A stretch of 64,000 nucleotides of DNA from Trichoplax sp. H2 (Eukaryota), in the NCBI GenBank assembly GCA_003344405.1, contig NOWV01000255.1, forward strand, positions 1 to 64,000, written 5' to 3'. Position 1 is the first letter of the stretch. The number at the start of each line of letters is the position of its first letter. Of the stretch, positions 15,201 through 27,100 are shown in pieces. The notes under the pieces are model-generated. The model was not told the DNA's origin. It worked only from the letters and a program-made list of their open reading frames with translations, and did no database searches. The translations under genes and the position numbers were made by a program.

Positions 15201-18200
15201 ATCTTGCAATACAGTTTATAGCTTTGAGCTACTAAATCTATCTTAATATAAATATAGAAAGTTACGCTATCGTATATCGTACTAAATATGGCTAATAGTT
15301 TACAATCCCAATACTAAGTTACGTTTCAAACATATATTAGAGCTATTATAAAAATCAATACAGATAAAAATATCGATGCAATTACTCATCTAAGGTGCAC
15401 TTACATAACGCTACTTTGATTTGATTATTCGACCTATGAAGCAATGCAACAGAAGTCTACCGTAGTAAAATTGCAGTTCACAGTAAACATCTATTTAAGT
15501 TCTAGATATCTGGCTAGAGCAACAATTTGGAATCTTTACAATCCTAAATTCTATTATAGCATAAAAAAAGCAAGCATTAATTTGTAGCAAATGCGAATTG
15601 TATAATTTAGGTATTTGAATGATAATCAACTTACGGAATTTGATGTCGAAGATATTTTTTATGGAAGTGATAATAATATGCGAGAACTGTGAGTCAAAAA
15701 AAGATTGTAATAGTTAAAATAGCGACTGTAAGCTCTACCTTTAGCTTACATGGAGCAATTAACGAGTTGGTGGCATCATTTTCTAGCTATTATTTTACGT
15801 TTAGAGTTCTATATGAATTACTGTTTTAATTGCATTATAGCCAACTCTCCGGTAATAAGTTGAAAACTATCACAAATAGGCAGAATGTTCGCTTCTTAAA
15901 ATTACAGCTATTGTAAGTTTATAAAAAGGATGATAAAGACTAAATTAGGGGTAAAAACATTTTACTGCTTTAATTATTTGGCTAATAGTATTTTTGAATA
16001 TTTTCCTTTATTAATAATATTTCAAGTCTGCAGCTAATATATTTTTGCATTGCAAGGCTCACGCTGAAGGGTGTAATATTGATAGCGTTTCTCATTTCAC
16101 TTCAGAAATATATCTGATAACGCCATCTTAAATTTTTGCAATAATAATTGGCAGAAGTTTGCTCCGATGTTGGAAATGATGTAAAACTTGATATCGATAC
16201 AATTTAATTTCACTTTAATTTTGAAAGCTTTATTTTTGAATAATAAACCTAGATCATTTTCTGAATACACACAGATATGATGCATTTTTGCTTTGATGCA
16301 TAACTAATTATTCTGTATTTTTTATATCCATAAGCATAGAATACGAAAAGTTTGTATTTTTCTATCTAATATATTAAATATTATATGTTGTGAATAGCTA
16401 TGTTGATCGATCAAACATCAAGGTATTAGATTCAAGGTGTTTGCAAAGGTTATCAAATCTTCGACTTCTGTAAGTGCTGGCCTAAGAATTGATTTAAATG
16501 TGAATTGATTTTTGAAATGTTAATTCTATACGGATAGATCACTGAAAGACAATCCACTGACATCAGTCGATGGACAGTCTCTTTATGGGCCTCTAAAATT
16601 GTCAACCATGTAAGTTTAATTCTGGGTAATTGTTATAGAATTATATTAAATTATAGATATCTATTTTAATGTTACAGAATAGATCGAATCTACTTATTTT
16701 TATTGCAATTTTTACATGCAATCTATTTTGATAGTGTATAAATAGATTCATTCGCCTTATTTTTGCAATTTTTATATATAATAAACCATATCTTGCAATG
16801 ACCGTCAATGAAGTAGATTACAGCAAACTTGTAGATTATAAATCTATTAGTTTAGATGTCTATTTTATTATACAGTTTAAATTGGTTCTCTTTATTTTAA
16901 CAGTTTTATACATATAGCAATCTCTATCTTGCTAGAGCAATAAACGTCAACGAACGAGATTCTAGTTAATTTGTAGATTACAAATCTATTGATATCGATA
17001 TCTATTTTAATTGTACAGTTCAAATTAATTCTCATTATTTTTCCAGTTTTGCTTATATAGTAATCTCTATCTTGCTGGTGCAATGAACTTCAATAACTAG
17101 ATTATAGCTAATATGTCGATTGTAAATCCATGTATTGAAGCGTACAATGATCACTGCACTTACTCTTTATGATTTTGTTAGCTATCAGCATAGGACTCAT
17201 TATTTGCAGTCATCCTTTAACAATTACTTAACTGCCTTAGCACTAGTTATAAGCCACTCTTAGTTATTGGAGCTAGCCTTATTTTCATTAACAGTAAACA
17301 ATATCGATTGATTAAATACCAGATTGTTGTCGATTAATAATTCCATTGTAAGACAACAATCAGTATTTTAGATATAACAGTTAATTTTAACAAGGAAACA
17401 ATAGCTACGGAATGCACATGTAAGGTTTTTCAGTAACATGATAACTTGCACTTTTATGCAAGACTAATGGCTTTATTTGATCTATTCGAGACTATTATAT
17501 TACTGCAAATAGCTTTTACATATAATTGTTGCTTACAATGCTAACTAAATCTTTTAATATTATTACTGTTGGAGTATAGCCTAACAACACGCGACTATTT
17601 TTGCTGTATGGTTCCGGCTAAAGTAACAACATGTCAACCTATAGCTATTGAATTATTATCAAGTTGTCAGCATTTATTATCTCATCTATCCCTACGACTT
17701 TATATCTGGATTGTAGGTGGCGTAGCATTTATTGGTAATATATTAGTATTCTGCTTTCATTGGAAAAATTCATGTAAGGGTCGACCGAAGCAAGTATTTC
17801 GCCTATTGTTATTTAATTTAACTGTAGCCGATTTTTTAATGTCCATCTATTTGTTTATAATTGCGATCGCTGATCAATTTTATCATAATCATTATGGCCA
17901 ATATTCAGAAAATTGGTTAAGGAGTACACCGTGTCTATTAGCCTTTTTCTTGGGTAGTTTATCGAGTATTATGTCGATCTTGATGATGCTGCTTATTAGT
18001 ATTGATCTCCACTTACGTACTGTTGATCCGATCCGTTATCAAAGTCGGAATTATAAGTATAACAGTTTTAGAACTACAATTATTCTATTCTGGTTGTCAT
18101 GTCTATTGTATGTCGGAATACCTACTATTACAAGTGCTAATGCTGCTGGTAATGATCGAGTTTATAAATATAGCAGCATTTGTATGCCAAGCAATGTAGA

Positions 18201-18387
18201 TAATACTTATTTTAAAACATGGATTTTAATTATTACATTTTTAACTGCTGGTATATGGCTAACAATTTGTGTATTATACTATTTAGTCTTTATAAAAGCA
18301 TATCGAAGTAGTATTTCAGTACAACGTACATCAGCATCAGCAGACCGAAAATTAGCGAGAAAACTATCCATCAACATAATTAACTGA
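290..18387 (+). CDS. Giant LRR-GPCR (LGR-like) copy 1. 5'-partial (signal exon presumably before the window); LRRNT + 49 LRR exons + TM1-TM5, truncated in TM6
   Basis: AG/GT exons translated by hand, no stops found. LRRNT 290-419 (CAVHCTCQKEIMQC). LRR exons start at 543, 698, 932, 1276, 1457, 2414, 2708, 3602, 4034, 4284, 4481, 4758, 5055, 5636, 5831, 6091, 6661, 6882, 7098, 7788, 7944, 8289, 8501, 8747, 8920, 9146, 9381, 9985, 10415, 10565, 10726, 10918, 11572, 11852, 12643, 12869, 13004, 13172, 13356, 13551, 13782, 14266, 14463, 14711, 15611, 15841, 16106, 16398, 16538. Terminal exon from 17580 (DYFCC hinge, GN in TM1, NLTVADFLM in TM2) stops at TGA 18385-18387. Confidence 0.9.
11006..11447 (+). 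mobile_element. Solo-LTR-like element, TGTCAC...GTGACA family, in a copy 1 intron
   Basis: Termini TGTCACGGT and TTTGTGACA; internal GTATATAAG followed by AATAAA. Both ends resemble the reverse complement of 24338-24674. No TSD visible. Confidence 0.65.
16650..17112. repeat. Degenerate tandem repeat, about 140-bp unit, about 3 copies, last intron of copy 1
   Basis: Recurring TTGTAGATTA(T/C)AAATCTATT, TCTATTTTA and CTATCTTGCT blocks. Confidence 0.7.
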
Positions 18388-18808
18388 TTTAATTTCATAG
18401 CTGCCTTATTATTTAATCGTGTATAAGGTTCTATTTACTAATAATATTGACATCTTTGAGCTAAAATTTGTAAACATACATGCATTACCAATTAATTCAG
18501 CTCTTACTCCGTTCTTGTATAGTTGTAATTATTTTACTACTCCATGTATTTACCGAATTACTCAGGCTAACAAACCAACTATGGTACGTTAACATAATAG
18601 ATGATCGAGCGCCGTTCGTGATACTAGCCCTAATCAGACTTGTACTACCGGTCATAGTTATTCGGGTGAAAATAGAGCCCAAGATAATAATCCTAGTAGC
18701 TCGAAATCAATGAAAGCCTTCGAGAATTCCGATGAAGCTGCATTTCAATATGAATTTATGACGATAAAAGCTAATGATCGATCGACGATTCGAATTTCAG
18801 AAGTTTAA
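18383..18808 (+). pseudogene. Decayed, out-of-frame TM6-TM7-C-tail of LRR-GPCR copy 1
   Basis: The +1 frame reads TDLIS*LPYYLIVYKVLFTNNIDIFELKFVNIHALPINSALTPFLY...RSTIRISEV*, aligning with copy 2 TDLISWLPYY...PMNSALNPYLY...KRTVRESNV*. Internal stops at 18398, 18590 and 18602. Confidence 0.9.
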
Positions 18809-19861
18809 ACTATGGATCTACCTCTAACTTAGGGAGTAATATTTCAGAATGTTAGCGATGATATTATACATAAAGTGTCCAAGGCTCATTGATATTTCTA
18901 TAAATTTTAATGCCCCATAAATAAATTTTAAGTATTGGAAACAATGGTAGACTCTAACTTACCGAATTTTTGGCAATACTGGTATAGTAGTCAGTGATGA
19001 CGAAAAATTGGTGGTTTAATATAAGAAATTAGTAATTATAATAAAATGAATTTTCATGTGCCAACTGTAATATTTGTACTATTGACAAATAATTTCTGCT
19101 TACATATGAGATACAATTGCCTATTTATTACTTACGTTGATTAATTATTTGTGTTAGAAGATTCCATGATGTATCACAATGACACGATTAAGGTTATGAC
19201 ACTAGAAGATGCTATGAAATAAATATATTTTACCTTTGTTGATCTAGTAATTCTACCTCGCGTAACATAACTTAGTATAAGATTGTAGATTATTAGTTTT
19301 GTTCATTGTGATGTACGGTGTTGCAGCCTTCCACATTTATCTAAGGCATATTTAGTAGCTCATAGTCATAGACTGTAATTAAATTCTATGTTTGAGTATA
19401 GATGATCATGTACAGTTGGGTATAGAGTCAATATTGGTGCCAGAAGTAAAAATAGATATGTAACTTATATATTAGGTTATGATTAGTTCATCATACTTTG
19501 GCTGGTAGAGATAATATCTACGTTTTAATACTGTAGCTGTTGCCGCGTTGGATTAACTATTATCGATGATCCATTGTAAAGTCTTGTTACGATTAATCAT
19601 CTGAATGAGTGTAAAATCTGGTACCAAGTGGTTATGCTGATTGTAGCTGCTAACACTAAAAAATAACTTAAGCAGACGATTTTAGATTATTCGATCGTTC
19701 TATTCAGAAATTTTTCTAGTAATAATTATATTCAGCTAAAGATCAGTGCCGTTAATGTAGTTTGACGAAAAATTAAAAATGAAAAAATTAGTAATAAGTT
19801 GTAACAAAATTTCATGTGCATAATATAATAATTATACTAACAACAAATGATTTCCGTTTAT

Positions 19862-19981
19862 ATTTATAAAATGATTACAGCTAATGAAATTGATATCTTC
19901 GAGCTTAAAGTTGTTATTATACTTGTTTTAACTATTAATTTGGTCTTAAATTCATTTTTATTCTGCAATAACTTTCATTAA
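19862..19981 (+). pseudogene. Isolated relic of ECL3/TM7 from another LRR-GPCR paralog
   Basis: Translates IYKMITANEIDIFELKVVIILVLTINLVLNSFLFCNNFH*, versus copy 1 VYKVLFTNNIDIFELKFVNIHALPINSALTPFLYSCNYF. Both TM7 prolines are lost. Confidence 0.8.
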
Positions 19982-20315
19982 TTACTATCGTATAGTTATA
20001 GTATCTCATCGTAACTGTCGTGAAAGTAATCTTCGTGACCTATACTTTATTTCTATGTTACGTTCTATATATGTTTATATCTCAGAAATGTTTTACGGTC
20101 TCCTTAATAGTAATTTTAGTGGTTAACAGCTCATATCATTAATTTAGGATTTCATAGACTAAAATAGTAATTGCCAACCAGCTAAACTGGATTATATCAT
20201 CGCCTTTATGGTTGTTAAGGTTCAAAGTACAATTCCTAAGTTTAGAGGAAATGTCTTAATAGGATAGCTTTATATGTATCCGTTCAACTATAATAAGCAT
20301 TCAATATTTTAATAC

Positions 20316-20634
20316 TGTTACAGTAAATTTAATAGGATTAGATTCTATCTAATTTGTACAGATAGAATCTCTTTAGGTATTAATTCAGTTAATTTCTAAT
20401 AGACGAGGTGACTTGTGTAGCTAAACTGGTTTTAGGTCCGAAACCTATATAAACGGCGAGTTCGTTGACAATAAATTAGATTGTGATTTTCTAGTAAGTC
20501 TTGAAGGTATCCCTGAGTTAAACCCTATCTGCCCTGGAATACCAATTATCTGGTATTCCGAATAACAGTAGTAAAGGGTAGAAATCACTCTCTCAATCCT
20601 TGTTGCAAGTTAGGGCTATTCCTAGCTCGCAACA
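20316..20634 (+). mobile_element. Solo-LTR-like dispersed repeat (TGTTAC...GCAACA), copy a
   Basis: Close reverse-complement match to 46283-46572; TG..CA ends; CTATATAAA then AATAAA. Confidence 0.8.
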
Positions 20635-23600
20635 GTAATAAAAAAAGAATTGATGATATTCCAAATTGGGCAGAAGATTGTCATCATGACCGGTCTCTAA
20701 ATTCGAGTCAATCTGATTATTACACCAGCCGAACACAAGACAATATTTATCCTCGTGACTTCGTATAATATCTTGTTAAGGTGTTACCTGACCGTTGAGA
20801 TAGGTTAATAGTACTAGTTAAGATAACTAATACCTTAACGTGGATATTGTTTGTAATAGTTTATTGCGTATTTGATTTTGATTGTTATTATATGTATGGA
20901 TAGTAGGAAGGTGATTCAAGTTCTGGATAATGATAGGTGAACTAGACAACATACTTAGATTAAGATTAAGTATGAGAGATAGGTTAAAAATATTTACTGA
21001 TAGAAAAGCTATGTAAGGAGCATCTCAGTTCGAGATGTCTCTCCTGGTAAGGTATAATAATAATAGAGTTATTTACAAATTAGACGGTTCCTATATAAAT
21101 GGGAAAATTTTGAGTTATGTTAAGGTGTGAAAAGTTGTAGAAATGGCTATGCTAATAAATGCTCCGCTCCGTCTTTATGGTAGTTTGCTATATATGTTTA
21201 ACGTTTAATAAAAAGTCAGTAGTTATTTATAGACTTTTACCTTACATTTCTTTGTCGCAGAGTTTAAAGTGTGACTTCGTCTGATCAGAGATTGCATTAT
21301 ATTACGATTATGTCATGGTTAATAAATTCCAATACGCGATAACGCGAGCATCTAATGTTAAAATCATGAATACTTTTTAACATCAGTTGGAATGGCAATC
21401 TTGTAATGGTAGGATTTATTAAGATCTAATAAAATAATATTATATTCTTAATCCATATTATAGCTCATGAGTAACTAAAATCTTTAATTACAGGACAGTC
21501 AACGGTATTCGATTGCTTGATTACGACTTACGTGAGTAACTTTAACAGAAAATTAAAAGTTAGAATTGAAATTGTATCTTATTAATGTAGTGGCCAATGC
21601 AAATTCTATGTTGTAAGATGTTATCACGATGTTAAATTATTTCACTAAGGTATTGTACGAATTACAAATGGATTAATTGACGGATACCATTGTGGATTAC
21701 TGCTATTGGCTGGTGCTATTTTCTATGTTGTTTATAAGACCAATAAGAAACTTTAATATGCTAATTGAAATAGATAGCTGGATGATTATTTAGATGCTAA
21801 AATACCCTAGTAATTGCTTTCACTTCGAAAGCTGCAATTTAGCAAATAACATCAAACTTTTCATCTCACAGTTCCTTATTAAAGCTTATCTATAATAGAT
21901 TTCACTTGTTTTTAGTTTAAAATCATGCCTGATTAACATTCTAATCCTCTACATAGTATCAATATATTCAAGCATAGTAAAAAAATCCACTGTTTCACAT
22001 TTACTGTTTATTAATTGAATGATAACTTAAACAAACTAACTCTAAACCATTAATGCTTATTAACCTATAATTTGTAGCACCTGCTTCATTGTTTAGTACC
22101 GATCAGCAGGTGCATTTACAATAAAAGTTTTCTATTTGTTTTACGTTTTATTAATTTGGCAGAGTGTGAATTATTGATAAGCACGATTATTTGTTTTTTT
22201 ACTACTTTGCAATATGACTCAACGAAAGTGGTCATTTTAAAGCGGATGATAATGAGAATTGCAACCTAGCGATGATGATATCAGCAGATTCTATTTCAAC
22301 TATAAATTAATTATTTTGAAAGACTATTATTAAACTGTCAATCAAATCATAGTTGCTATTTGCAGCGATAGAACGAGAACACATTTATTTAGTAATCAGG
22401 AAATGATCGCTGGAAGCAGAAAATTTCCAATAAAAGAATTAAAATTAAAGTGCCTGATCAACGAAAATAGAAAATCATTATTCTTGTTTATCGGGTTTAT
22501 ATCTTTCAGTATAAGCAGGTCGATCATACTAGCTAATACACAAGCATAAATAGTAACAAATATTGGTATGGTGTATTCATATATATATAGTGATAATAAA
22601 ATAAATTCAATAAAGAATTATTAAAGTTATCAAATAAATTGATTTTTATTTTAAAATGTAAATTCAAAAATAAAGCAAGATTAATTAATCTGAGAAAAAT
22701 GATTAGTAAACTCTTGATTTCGTTATATGATTTCAATTTTAAATGTAACAGTTAATTATATCAAATAATTGCCATAGTCAACATTTGTGACAGTATTATA
22801 TACTGTATTAGAGTAGAAATATCTATATTAGGATAATTCTGTTAGCCTATTCTTATTTAGTTAACTTCTAATTTGGATATACTGTGTTTTAATATAGCAC
22901 TGACTTTTTATGATAGTGACACATATACACATACTGAAATTAATAGTTATAATAGGGAATGCGAATCATCTACTTACAGTTCGAATCGGTGTGATTGTAA
23001 CCTACTTATGGTAGATTGTAAATTATCGTGGAAATGGTCCGTGATAAGACATATCGTAATCTGACTTTTCTGTATTAGTCATCAAATGTCTATGTTCGTA
23101 AATACTGTTGTCTGCATTAAGGGAGCAGTAGCTAAAATTAATATTTAATTCAGTGAATGATTCCAAAGTTAATCATACTAACTATGACTCATGAACTATT
23201 AAGGAAGAGTATATCAATGCAGTATATCGTGTAATAAAGAGGATTCTTAAACTTAGTGTTTAACGTAAAATACGAGGCGTTTAAGTCTTTGTGTAGTCTG
23301 CTAGTAGAGCAAAAGTATTTCTGATAGTACAGATATCGTTCCTTGATACGTGGTTCAAGGAATTGACTTATTGATTGTACATTACGTTATCTTGTTGCAA
23401 AGCTGTTTTGTGACAATACTGTACTTGTTTATGTCTAATAATATCATATGCGGGCAGATCTAAAGATGACAGCAAGTCGGATCACTTTTGTTTTTGGTAT
23501 AGACTCATGATTATTATTTTATAAGCCGCATTGATGCCGTAAAAGAATATTATTTAAATAGGTAATATTAAAATTTCTTCTTTCTTCATTTACCTTATTT

Positions 23601-24160
23601 GTCAGTGAAATACTTTATACCGTAATCAGCAATGTCAACTTTAACCCCAATCTCTAAAGCTGATTGTATATATCGATGTTGCAAACGGTCGTTAGTAGAA
23701 ATGTACACAGGGCTTTATTTTGTCATTTACTACTGAATAAGCTGGTATGTTATACGCGTATGCGTATAATTATATATCACCGTGGGTACATGTGGAACAT
23801 TATATTTTAATTTCATAATTAAAATTTTGCATTTTACTTATTTAACATTGAATCAATTTTGTTTAAACTAGAAGCCTTAAGAATGGTTTGTGAAGACGTT
23901 CATCTTATGATCCCGGAACATACCAAAATCATGATTGAAAGGCAACAGATATTATGACAATATATTTCTTAATCTATTTTTTTTTAAAATTCTATCATTA
24001 ATAAATAAATTCCAATTCCAATACAGAACTCTAATTGTTATTTCTTATTATAATATAAATAGAGAAAATCCTATTCATTTTTTAATCAGTTCCCTACGAC
24101 TGTAAGACTTTCCCCATCCGCTTTTTCTTAGTTATTAAATCCATCTAGTTACTTTTCACC

Positions 24161-27100
24161 ATGAAAATAAGGTTACTATCATCATTTCAAAGTTTGATCA
24201 TCATCTGCATTGCTCTATTTTGTGGTAAGAGGACATTAAGTTTGTACGATGTAAATTTGATATAAATAGGTACGGCCTAAAATTCACTTAAAGTCTGTTT
24301 AATCTTAAATAATAAGACAACGATAATAGGTAACTGGTGTCACAAACTCCCGTGTGACAAGATAACGTTGTGATCTAATCTACGATCTCTTAATAATTCG
24401 TACGCCTTCGATTTCCGTTATACTTTTAACCTTAGGAACTAAGAACTAACTTTAATTAATTTGTCCAATCGTTTAAATAGATTTTATCTACAAGCTTTTA
24501 CACACCTCTTAGAATACTACTAATCTAACTATAGATATAAATGACCTTTAATACATCACAATTTAAATCGTACCGTCTACAATCTATATCTGGTTACATA
24601 ATCTCCTCGGCTTACAATATCATTGTACCCGCAAAGCATGCTTTATTTTGGTACGGTGAGTTAGCACCGTGACACTGGATAAAATGTTCAAGTATAAATT
24701 TGGTGCTAAACTTTATTTTATGCCGTAATCATATCTATATGATATTCAGATAGGCGGTTTGCCTAGCTAAGTGCAGATATTGTCAAGGTTTTAAAGACCA
24801 TCTTTAACTATAAATGTCTTGTTTTGATCGTTATACTGATAGTACATGAATTAGAGGAGTTTAGAAATCTACTGGTAAGATCGCCGTATTTTTCTAGGCA
24901 TTAATATGCATATCTCAATTCGTTTTTCGATTTTGTCTTACTCTGCCCATTAAATTGGTTTATCTCAACAGCTTGTTTATATATAGTACTATATCTGATA
25001 ACAATAGTTAAATAATTTCAAATTTGATATAATTGCAACTCTTTAACATCTTGAAATGGAAAAACTCATTTTTAACCGAGTAATTGCAATGATAAAATGA
25101 ATTTCTTCCAATATCTCAGAAATTAACTTACGAGTCGCATAGTAAAGAACTGAAAGTTAAATACTTATTAGCTAATTCCTTACGAAATAATCTGCTTATA
25201 CTTGGTAAGTATATAATAATTTTCAAATGAACCAACATATTATTATTTACGTAATTTATCGGAACCGCATGTTCAGGTAGATGCACTCTATTTTGTAGAA
25301 TAAAAATTTTAAATGATTTCACGTACATTTATAGTTATTTTTGTGGTAGTAAACCGTCATAATCATCGTTATACGTTTATATTCTATACTTTTGGCGTTA
25401 TTTCTTAAATTGTCTATTATTCAAAATGTAAGTAAGAGAAAAATAAATACTGTTAACGAGTACAGATTGACGGATTGGATGGTTGCAGAATTTACAAAGT
25501 GATGGAAATTGCGATTGAGAGAAAAGTAATGCTTTCCAGTTTGTTGCCGCTTTAAATATATATACTACGGCTACGCCTAAGTATGGAGTGAAATATGATC
25601 AGATTCATTCAAAAAATACTATTGAGGGATTGAATTGGCTATGTATGAATAACATGATTAAAGGGATATCGAACTTCAAGAACCGTATTTAAATAAAGTC
25701 CGTCTTATTTGAAAATGCATACCCCACAGTACAAAATATAACCTGCAATGACATTCATCTGAGTTTCAATTTTGATCAATTATACTGATTAATAATTAAC
25801 CATGAGAACATATTGAGAGTGCTATCGAGAAGNNNNNNNNNNNNNNNNNNNNATCCTATTATCAGCTACAAGCGCATTAAAACATAGCACATAACCTTAT
25901 CTTATCTATTCATAAGCATTCATTAATTTACAGTTACTTAATTAGTAACGGCGTACCGTGACAACCGTATTTAAATAAAGTCCGTCTTATTTGAAAATGC
26001 ATACCCCACAGTACAAAATATAACCTGCAATGACATTCATCTGAGTTTCAATTTTGATCAATTATACTGATTAATAATTAACCATGAGAACATATTGAGA
26101 GTGCTATCGAGAAGGCTATATTTTCTAATTCGATAAACTTTTTAAATATGCAATCGTCAAAGAATTTAAATGGACAATTTAACATATATATAACTTTATC
26201 AAACTTTTAGTTTCTACAATTTATGATAGAATATAATCAAAATGATGATCAAAACCTATCTTTAGTCACATTGTAATTTATTACATATGGGGAGATATCG
26301 AAGCATACGTATTCTTTTTAATTTATGAAATGGATGAAGTCGGTCCATATTCAAATATGATAGTGATAGTAACAGTTTAATGGTAATATCAAGTGGATCA
26401 GAGTCTTTCTCACTTTCTTGTTACAAGAATAATAATAATATATGTAATAGACTTCTTATTGGTAATAATTTTTCATTTTTAGCCTTCTTTATTTGCTAAT
26501 AAAATACATTCTGTTGATTGATAATTAAAATTAATATCTAGGTATGAAATCAAACTGCCTTATGAATGTAAGTTGCCCTTCTGAGTGCGTTTGTGAGACG
26601 TCCGTTATCAAATGTACCTTGTTCAGTATGCACTCAGTACCTATTTATATTAGACAAAATGAAGATGGATCAAAATTTGAGAAGATGTAAGTGCATTTTA
26701 GACTGTTTCCAAGGATACAATAGTACTGTTGATGAGAATTTGAATTAAGCTTTCGATTACTCAAAGATGAATATTCTGACAAGATAAAAGTGAATTTAGA
26801 CTGTTTTCAAAGTTATGTCGGTACTGTTGATCGATATTTGAATTAAGCTTTTGGTTAATCGAAGATTAATAGATTCTAAATTCTATAGTTTAGTAATTTC
26901 GGTACGTTAACGAGTGTATACTAATAATATTGATGCACAAATTTAGATATCATTAGATATTATTCCCAATTTAAAATACCAAACAACATTCACGCAGGGT
27001 AGTTCCAGCTGATATCATTTTAGATAAATTAAATCTCTCACTAGGATATGTATACTTCACAGTGTAAGTCGCTACGTCAAGAATATTCACAAGTGCACCA

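Noticed and set aside
18398..18400. Stop readthrough or programmed frameshift rescuing copy 1 TM6-7
   Set aside because: Would need a frameshift plus TAG readthrough, and TM7 is degenerate with two more stops downstream.
22077..22113. Hairpin GCACCTGCT...AGCAGGTGC
   Set aside because: A 9-bp stem only; no tRNA, snoRNA or miRNA features that I could support.
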